This document shows, piece by piece, positions 57,639 to 64,000 of a stretch of 64,000 bases of DNA. Both the position numbers and the translations under genes were made by a program. The DNA is taken from contig CBDCRP010000002.1 of the NCBI GenBank assembly GCA_965221165.1, forward strand, positions 1,216,001-1,280,000. Reading direction: 5' to 3'. Source of the DNA: a bacterium (GTDB lineage: Bacteria > UBA8248). The notes under the pieces were generated by a model. It saw nothing but the letters and a program-made list of their open reading frames with translations. It was not told the DNA's origin and made no database searches. Positions within the stretch are counted from its first letter, which is position 1; every line of letters starts with the position of its first letter.

Positions 57639-58691
57639 TCATTCACCCACCCCCAAAACCAGCTTCCCTCGCACGTGGCCCTCTTCTAAGAGCGTATGCG
57701 CCCCGGCGATGTTCTCCGCGTTCATGACTCCTAAGTCGGTGACCTGCGGCGGTCTGATTTGCCCTGCCTCCACCCAGTCGCGAATTTTTTCGAGCGCCTT
57801 CTTGTAGACGCCGTAGTAGGCGGGGCCGCCCCCGCGCACGGGGGCGCGCAGGAAAACGCTGTGAAACGAAGCCGACTTGCTGAACAGGGGGCCATTCTGG
57901 AACGACAAAAACTCATCCATGAGCGTTCCAGGTTCTGGCGCGATGGAGGAGATTCTCCCCCAGTAGTCCACCACCTCGCAGCAGAGTTTCTTCATCTCGC
58001 GGCCCACGAAATCAAACGTGGCGGGGAAAAGACGGCCCTCGTTCATCTCCACGGCCCGCCGGGACAACTCATCGAGCGAGAGCCCGGGATATTTCAATAC
58101 GCCGTTCGGGGCGGGGCCGATTAAATTCTCTATGTATTCGGCGCTCTCATCGCTTCCCGCCGTCGCAATGATGGGAGATGCGCCGATAGACTCAAGCATC
58201 TGAAGCCCCATTGTTCCCACGCCGCCCGAACCACCCGCCACAAAGGCCGCCTCACCCGGCCGCACCCCCGCCTTCATCACCACCGCCTCATAGGCGGTCA
58301 ACGAGACGAGCGGCAAGGCGGCCGCTTCCGCAAAACCGGTGTTCGTCGGCTTTTTCACGACGAAAGCGGTATGGATGCACACGAACTGCGCATATCCATC
58401 CCCGCCGCCGTCGCCAAAGCGCGGCAGATAGGCCATCACCTCATCACCGGGGGAGAATTCCGCCACGCCCTCGCCGACCGATTCGACCACCCCGGCGGTA
58501 TCCCGGCCGAGAATGATGGGAACCGCGCCCTGGTTGCCGCCCCGTCTGGCCTTGAAATCGGTCGGGTTCACGGAGATCGCCTTCGCCCGTATCTTCACCT
58601 CCTCGGGGCCGGGTTCTCTCTCGGGCCAATCGGCCTCCTCGAAATTCTCCACCCCGCCGAACTCTCTCAATACGACTGCGTACATTTCCAC
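57639..58691 (-). CDS. MDR-family NADPH:quinone oxidoreductase-like protein
   Basis: SVNPTD.K, GRD.AG, AALPL..LTA, GGSGGVG. Confidence 0.88.
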   Translation of the reverse strand: MEMYAVVLREFGGVENFEEADWPEREPGPEEVKIRAKAISVNPTDFKARRGGNQGAVPIILGRDTAGVVESVGEGVAEFSPGDEVMAYLPRFGDGGGDGYAQFVCIHTAFVVKKPTNTGFAEAAALPLVSLTAYEAVVMKAGVRPGEAAFVAGGSGGVGTMGLQMLESIGASPIIATAGSDESAEYIENLIGPAPNGVLKYPGLSLDELSRRAVEMNEGRLFPATFDFVGREMKKLCCEVVDYWGRISSIAPEPGTLMDEFLSFQNGPLFSKSASFHSVFLRAPVRGGGPAYYGVYKKALEKIRDWVEAGQIRPPQVTDLGVMNAENIAGAHTLLEEGHVRGKLVLGVGE

Positions 58692-58697
58692 CCTCCG

Positions 58698-59495
58698 CTA
58701 TACCATCCAGGCCCCACCTGCGAGGACCAATCCCTGTCCCGTGACGTTTCGGCTCTCATCGCTCGCGAGATAGACCGCCATGTGACCCACGTCGTCCGTC
58801 GTCTGCTCGCGGCCCAGCGGAACCGTCGCCTCGACGTATTCATCGAACACCCTTCTCGCGGGCCTGTCCGTCTCCGCCCCGATGATGACGCCGTGTCCCT
58901 TCTCCCAGATATTCGTCCACAACAGGCCCGGGTTGATGGCGTTCACGTTCACGTTGTAGGGGGCCATCTCCCTGGCGAGGCTCATCGTGAAGTTCAGGCA
59001 CGCCGCCTTGGACGCGGAATACTGCGGCACGTTCGCGTTCGCGCGTCTTGCGGCGAGCGAGGCCAGATTGATGATTTTCCCGTATCTGCGCGCGCGCATA
59101 TGGGCGGCTATCGCCCGGCACATCAAGAACACGCCGGTCGAGTTGACTGCGAAAACGGCGTTCCACTCATCCAGCGTTATCTTATCGATGGGGTTTGCCA
59201 CGAGCGCCGCCCCTCTTCCGTGGCAATTCACCAGAATATCGACGCGTCCCATTCGCTCGATGGCCGTCCGGACGACGCTTTCCGCGTCCGCCTCGCCCGT
59301 CACGTCCGCCACCAGGGCGAAATGCGCCCCCTCGCCCGCGTCATCGAGTCCTCTTCGGGTTACCTCGTCATCGACGTCGACAACGCAAATTTGTGCGCCC
59401 TCCCGGGAGAAAGCGCGGATGATGCCCCGGCCGATTCCGCCGCCGCCGCCGGTGACGAGCGCTTTTTTCCCTTCCAGACGCATTCTTGTTTCCAT
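58698..59495 (-). CDS. SDR oxidoreductase, tandem copy 2
   Basis: TGGGGGIG, YSASK, VNAINPG. Confidence 0.9.
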   Translation of the reverse strand: METRMRLEGKKALVTGGGGGIGRGIIRAFSREGAQICVVDVDDEVTRRGLDDAGEGAHFALVADVTGEADAESVVRTAIERMGRVDILVNCHGRGAALVANPIDKITLDEWNAVFAVNSTGVFLMCRAIAAHMRARRYGKIINLASLAARRANANVPQYSASKAACLNFTMSLAREMAPYNVNVNAINPGLLWTNIWEKGHGVIIGAETDRPARRVFDEYVEATVPLGREQTTDDVGHMAVYLASDESRNVTGQGLVLAGGAWMV

Positions 59496-59501
59496 CCTCG
59501 G

Positions 59502-60293
59502 CTAGACCATCCAGGCGCCGCCCGCGAGGAGCAGTCCCTGTCCCGTGACGTTTTGGCTCTCATCGCTCGCGAGATAGACCGCCATGTGGCCCACGTCGTC
59601 CGGCGTTTGCTCGCGGCCCAGGGGAACCGCCGCCTCGACGAACTCATCGAACACCCTTCTCGGGGGCCTGTCCGTCTCCGCCCCGATGATGACGCCGTGT
59701 CCTTTTTCCCAAAGATTCGTCCACAACAGGCCCGGATTGATCGCGTTGACGTTCACGTTGTAAGGGGCCATCTCCTTGGCGAGACTCATGGTGAAGTTCA
59801 TGCACGCCGCCTTGGAGGCGCAGTAATGCGGCACGTTCTCGTTCGCGCGCCTTGCGGCGAGCGAGGCCAGATTGATGATTTTTCCGTACTTTCGCTCACG
59901 CATATGGGCGGCTATCGCCCGGCACGTCAAGAACACGCCCGTCGTGTTGACCGCGAAAACGGCGTTCCACTCCTCGAGCGTTATATTATCGATGGGGTTT
60001 CCCATCAGCGCCGACGGCCTGCCGTGACAATTCACCAGAATATCGACGTGTCCCATGCGTTCGATGGCCGTCTGCACGATGTTTTCCGCGTCCACCTCGC
60101 TCGTCACATCCGCCGCCAGGGCGAAATGCGCCCCTTGGCCCGCGTCATCGAGTCCTTGCTTGTTTACTTCGTCATTGACGTCGACCACGCAAATTTGCGC
60201 GCCCTCTCGGGAGAAAGCGCGGATGATGCCTCTGCCGATTCCGCCGCCGCCGCCCGTGACAACTGCTTTTTTCCCTTCTAAACGCATTCGCAC
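59502..60293 (-). CDS. SDR oxidoreductase, tandem copy 1
   Basis: TGGGGGIG, YCASK, VNAINPG. Confidence 0.9.
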   Translation of the reverse strand: MRMRLEGKKAVVTGGGGGIGRGIIRAFSREGAQICVVDVNDEVNKQGLDDAGQGAHFALAADVTSEVDAENIVQTAIERMGHVDILVNCHGRPSALMGNPIDNITLEEWNAVFAVNTTGVFLTCRAIAAHMRERKYGKIINLASLAARRANENVPHYCASKAACMNFTMSLAKEMAPYNVNVNAINPGLLWTNLWEKGHGVIIGAETDRPPRRVFDEFVEAAVPLGREQTPDDVGHMAVYLASDESQNVTGQGLLLAGGAWMV

Positions 60294-60567
60294 CCCTCCT
60301 GAAAGAAAACTTCATTGATTCATCGGATAAAAACCACTCACGCATATTTCGAGCTTGAATGTTGATTTCCATTCTCGAAGCGCTATTTGTCTCGATTCTA
60401 ACAAGAATGGGGCGGAGTGAATATCTCGAACCCGAATCCTCAGGATTCACCCCTCGGGGAGTTTCCTCCCGCACGGGGAGGATGGTATTCTCACCCCCGT
60501 CTCAAAAACCTCTGGATAACAACCGCAGACATCGTGAGGATGTCCCGAAAAATGACAGGAGCATGAA

Positions 60568-61002
60568 ATGTCTTTGATAAAAATGGCGAAAGAATCCATC
60601 GACGTCGGCATCGTGGTGAAGGATCTGGACGTCGCCGAGAAATTCTACGGCGGCGTATTGGGTCTACCGATCGTGCGCGAAGTCGAGATAACCGAAGACA
60701 AGGCCTCCCAGGCCGGTTGCGCCTCGGGAAGATTCGAGTTCAAGGCGTTTCAGGCCGGCGAGGTGCAGCTCAAAGTCGTTCAGGCGGATTCCGACCCGCC
60801 CGCCGGCGGCGGAATCGTGGACGCCTCCACCGGATTCCGCTACCTGACGTTCACCGTGGAGAGCGTACAGGAAGCCCACGACGCCCTCGCGGCGGCGGGC
60901 GTGAAGATGATGGGGGAAATCACCGAGGTCGTGCCGGGCCGGTTCATCATCTTTTTTCAGGACCCGGACGGAAACATGCTGGAGTGCGTCGGCCCCAGGT
61001 AA
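60568..61002 (+). CDS. VOC/glyoxalase family protein
   Basis: VGIVV.DL..A..FY..VLG, F.DPDGN.LE. Confidence 0.88.
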   Translation: MSLIKMAKESIDVGIVVKDLDVAEKFYGGVLGLPIVREVEITEDKASQAGCASGRFEFKAFQAGEVQLKVVQADSDPPAGGGIVDASTGFRYLTFTVESVQEAHDALAAAGVKMMGEITEVVPGRFIIFFQDPDGNMLECVGPR

Positions 61003-61092
61003 GTTTTATCTGCGTGCGCACTCCATGAATCCTTGAAAAACAACGCGGGCGCGCCCGGAACCAAAAGCCCTGCCGTGTAGCGGAGTATCGAG

Positions 61093-61713
61093 ATGTTCGA
61101 GTTTCTCCAGGGATATCCGGTGGAATTCGCCTATGGCGGGGTATTTCTGTTCCTCGTGCTTTGCGGTCTGGGCCTCCCCGTTCCGGAAGACATACCCATC
61201 ATCACCTCGGGCTATCTCGCACACCTGGGCGCCATGGATTTCTGGCCCGCGCTCACCGTGAACCTTATGGGCATCATGCTCGGTGACCTGATGATCTACG
61301 GCTTCGGGTACTGGATGGGCCCGAAAGCGCTCGAGCACCGCTTGCTTCGCCCCGTCATGACGCAAAACCGAATGGAGATAGTGCACGCCTTTTTCGACCG
61401 CCACGGGAGAAAGGCCATTTTCTTCGGTCGATTCGTCACGGGCTTGCGCGCTCCGCTGTTTCTCGCGGCGGGAATCACCCGGCTTCCGGTTCGCATATTC
61501 GTAGGCATGGATTTGGCCGCGGCGCTCCTGAGCGTGCCGCTGTTGCTCGCGGCGGCTTATTATTTCGGGGATCACATCGACGATTTTCGCAAGATGGTGG
61601 GAACGGGCAAAGCCCTCATCATCCTCGTGCTGGGGGCCGGAGCCGCCTGGATGGGTGGTAAATATCTGTGGCGAAAATGGAGGTCGAAAGACTCCCGCCC
61701 CGCTTCATCCTGA
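61093..61713 (+). CDS. DedA family membrane protein
   Basis: GLGLP.PED, GD...Y..G, FFGRF..GLR....AG. Confidence 0.9.
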   Translation: MFEFLQGYPVEFAYGGVFLFLVLCGLGLPVPEDIPIITSGYLAHLGAMDFWPALTVNLMGIMLGDLMIYGFGYWMGPKALEHRLLRPVMTQNRMEIVHAFFDRHGRKAIFFGRFVTGLRAPLFLAAGITRLPVRIFVGMDLAAALLSVPLLLAAAYYFGDHIDDFRKMVGTGKALIILVLGAGAAWMGGKYLWRKWRSKDSRPASS

Positions 61714-62661
61714 CGCGCGGGCGACCGGCAATACGCCCGGCCTCAAAGTGGAACCCGAGTTGATCTCATGCGCGCCGCGCGGGTCGATTCTGAGCACGTG
61801 CATCTGGCACCCGACGCCGTGCGATTGGTACACCCCGCGCATCGAGTTGCCCACCTTGCCGGGGTTGTCCCGGCAAATCGCCAAAACGCAAGGCCCGGCG
61901 CCACTGATGCACACCCCCAGCGCGCCGGCCGCGTAGGCCGCCTCGAAGACCTCCTCCAAAGGGCCCATCAACTCCGCCCGGTAGGGCTGGTGCAGCCTGT
62001 CCTCCATGGCGTCGCGGAACAACTCGTCGCGCCCGGTGGCGAACGCCGCCATGAGCGCGCCGACCCGCTGCACGTTAAAAATCGCATCGCCCAGAGAAAC
62101 CTGCTCGGGCAGTTTTTGTCGGGCCGCATGCGTGCTCACTTCAAAATCGGGGACAACGATCACCCAGCGGTAGTCCTCCACCACGGGCATTCGCGTATAG
62201 ATGGTCTTCCCGTCCGTGGTGGTCGCCGAAATACAGAAACCCCCGATCAGCGCGGGCACCACGTTATCGGGGTGTCCCTCCATCTCCACGGCGATCTGAA
62301 CGAGTTCGTCCATGCGCAGCGGGCCGCCGAGCAGGATGTTCGCTCCCACGATTCCGCCCACGATGGCGGCAGAACTGCTCCCCAGCCCCCGCGCCAGCGG
62401 TATGTGGTTGCGCTGTTTCATCCACAAACCGTTGAAAGGCCGGTTCACGCGGTCGAACACCCGCTTCACGGCCTGTACGCAAACGTTCGATTCATCTTTG
62501 GGGATGACCTCGCGGCCTTCTCCTTCGACCTCGAGCGCAACGCCCCAGGGGAGGATGTCGAGTTCTATGCGATTGTAAATCCTGAGCGCGACGCCCAGGG
62601 CGTCGAAACCCGGACCCAGATTCGTCGTACTCGCCGGAACCTGCACACGCACCAAAGCCAA
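61705..62661 (-). CDS. thrB: Homoserine kinase
   Basis: VPAST.NLGPGFD, IPLARGLGSS, EGHPDN, D.LHQPYR, ISGAGP. Confidence 0.95.
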   Translation of the reverse strand: MALVRVQVPASTTNLGPGFDALGVALRIYNRIELDILPWGVALEVEGEGREVIPKDESNVCVQAVKRVFDRVNRPFNGLWMKQRNHIPLARGLGSSSAAIVGGIVGANILLGGPLRMDELVQIAVEMEGHPDNVVPALIGGFCISATTTDGKTIYTRMPVVEDYRWVIVVPDFEVSTHAARQKLPEQVSLGDAIFNVQRVGALMAAFATGRDELFRDAMEDRLHQPYRAELMGPLEEVFEAAYAAGALGVCISGAGPCVLAICRDNPGKVGNSMRGVYQSHGVGCQMHVLRIDPRGAHEINSGSTLRPGVLPVARASG

Positions 62662-62682
62662 AAGGGTCTCCTCGAAACCAGC

Positions 62683-63264
62683 CTAATCCGAACGAATATC
62701 TTCCGAGAGAACAAAAACGCAGCCCGCTGCTCTCATCTCCTCGAGCGCGTTTTCACCGTCTTTGGGGTCGACGTTCACCGCCCGGACGGCGTCTTCCACC
62801 ACAACGACGTCAAACCCCTCCCGCCTCGCGTCGAGCGCCGTGGCCTTCACGCAATAATCCGTCGCCAGTCCGCAAACGAAAAGACGCCCGATTCCCTTCG
62901 CTCTCAATTCATACGCCAGCGAAGTGCCGTCAAACCCCGAATACGCCTCGGCGTCCCTGGTCGTGGCCTTGGACACCACCATCTCCACTTTCGCGGCGCG
63001 CATTTGCGGATGGAAAGCGGCGCCCGGCGTTTCGGCCACGCAGTGAACGGGCCAGATTCCGCCCTGCGCCTCAAACGACACATGATCCGCAGGGTGCCAG
63101 TCGCGCGTCGCCACCCTTATCCAGCCCGGAATATCCAGAAGCGCGTTCACCGGCGGGACGACCGCATCCCCCTCGGCGACGGCGAGCGCTCCGCCCGGAC
63201 AAAAATCCACTTGCAGATCGACGATGATGAGGCCGTCTTGCGCACCTGGTGAGTATTCAGCCAT
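62683..63264 (-). CDS. pncA: Nicotinamidase/pyrazinamidase
   Basis: VDLQ.DF.PGGAL, TRDWHP..H.SF, WP.HCV, YSGF, GLATDYCV. Confidence 0.92.
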   Translation of the reverse strand: MAEYSPGAQDGLIIVDLQVDFCPGGALAVAEGDAVVPPVNALLDIPGWIRVATRDWHPADHVSFEAQGGIWPVHCVAETPGAAFHPQMRAAKVEMVVSKATTRDAEAYSGFDGTSLAYELRAKGIGRLFVCGLATDYCVKATALDARREGFDVVVVEDAVRAVNVDPKDGENALEEMRAAGCVFVLSEDIRSD

Positions 63265-63268
63265 CGCC

Positions 63269-63994
63269 CTATTTCCCCTCTCTCAGTTTCAAGCGCCATA
63301 TTGTTCCGCCCGCGCCCCGGCGTATGGAAACCTCCATTCCCGACGGATGCGCCAGAAAAACACTCTCGAAAAAATCCACCGTCTGAACCTTTTTTCCTTC
63401 CGCCTCGAGTATGACGTCTCCCCGGCGAAGCCCCGCGCGCGCCGCCGGCGCGCCTTCCCGGATCTGAGACACCAGAAGTCCGCTCGCCTCTCCACCACCG
63501 AAAAAGCGCGCCAGCACGGGCGTGAGCTTCTGGAGAACGAGACCCAGCTTCTTGGGGTGCGTATATTCGCGCGGCGTCTGGAAGCCGAGCTTCATCACGG
63601 TCGGTTTCACGTATATAGGGGATTTCACCCGCAAAGCCAATGCGATGGCGTCCGACGGGCGGCTGTCGATAGAAAAATTCCTGCCCCTCGCCTTCATCTC
63701 GATAAAAGCGAAATACGTGCCGCCTTTCGGCTCCGTGATCACCACCCGAAGAATCTTCGCCTGGAGGCTCCTGAGAATGTTCCGCATCAAGTCGTGCGTC
63801 ATCGGCCGGGCTGACGGGATTTTCTCGAGTTCCGTGAAAATCGCCCGCGCCTCCGCCGGGCCGATCCATATAGGCAGCAACGTGCCTCCCTTTTTTTCCT
63901 CCAGGAGCACGATGTGCTGGCCGTTTCTCTGGTCGACCATGATGTCCTTCACTTCGACCCGGCGAAGCCCGGAGGGCGCCGCCTGCGCATTCAT
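63269..63994 (-). CDS. Bifunctional nuclease (DUF151) domain fused to a PDZ domain
   Basis: LPIWIG..EA, RP.THDL, IDSRPSDAIALA; C-terminal LGL...G.LVS.I..G.PA..AGL..GDVI. Confidence 0.85.
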   Translation of the reverse strand: MNAQAAPSGLRRVEVKDIMVDQRNGQHIVLLEEKKGGTLLPIWIGPAEARAIFTELEKIPSARPMTHDLMRNILRSLQAKILRVVITEPKGGTYFAFIEMKARGRNFSIDSRPSDAIALALRVKSPIYVKPTVMKLGFQTPREYTHPKKLGLVLQKLTPVLARFFGGGEASGLLVSQIREGAPAARAGLRRGDVILEAEGKKVQTVDFFESVFLAHPSGMEVSIRRGAGGTIWRLKLREGK

Positions 63995-64000
63995 CGAGAG

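Noticed and set aside
58371-60281. 636-aa plus-strand ORF with an internal repeat, and similar long antisense ORFs (45397..47685, 61768..63252, 11665..13017)
   Set aside because: Shadow or alternative-frame ORFs of well-supported genes in GC-rich DNA; no motifs

Overview
GC-rich bacterial chromosomal window with about 60 CDS. It holds housekeeping genes (scpAB, panE, rluB-like, pgsA-like, bioF, crcB, thrB, pncA, pduO-type) and many catabolic enzymes (amidohydrolases, CoA-transferases, SDRs, a haloalkane dehalogenase-like hydrolase). Other loci: a futalosine-pathway menaquinone operon (mqnE, mqnA, mqnC, deaminase) interleaved with an amidase (in frame with mqnA), a hydrolase and a membrane/ferredoxin nucleotide cyclase; a CP-ATP-grasp/alpha-E/transglutaminase operon; an enlarged TRAP transporter; and a long ankyrin-repeat lipoprotein. 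The last suggests, by inference only, a host-associated (e.g. sponge) lifestyle. Two genes are missing from the ORF track because of in-frame TGA codons in redox motifs. One is an intact CMD/AhpD-like CxxU candidate selenoprotein (27016..27288). The other is a decayed DsrE-like UxxC candidate selenoprotein (48482..48729, minus strand). Both TGAs are followed by SECIS-like hairpins with a GGNC loop. Non-coding DNA holds a 401-bp MITE with TIRs and a 5-bp TSD, GTAG REP-like clusters, a dispersed hairpin family with covarying stems and a fixed 13-nt loop, a phased DnaA-box-like array and a triple-crossing pairing motif in the scpAB leader. I recognised no rRNA, tRNA or CRISPR array. All calls come from motif recognition; no database search was run.
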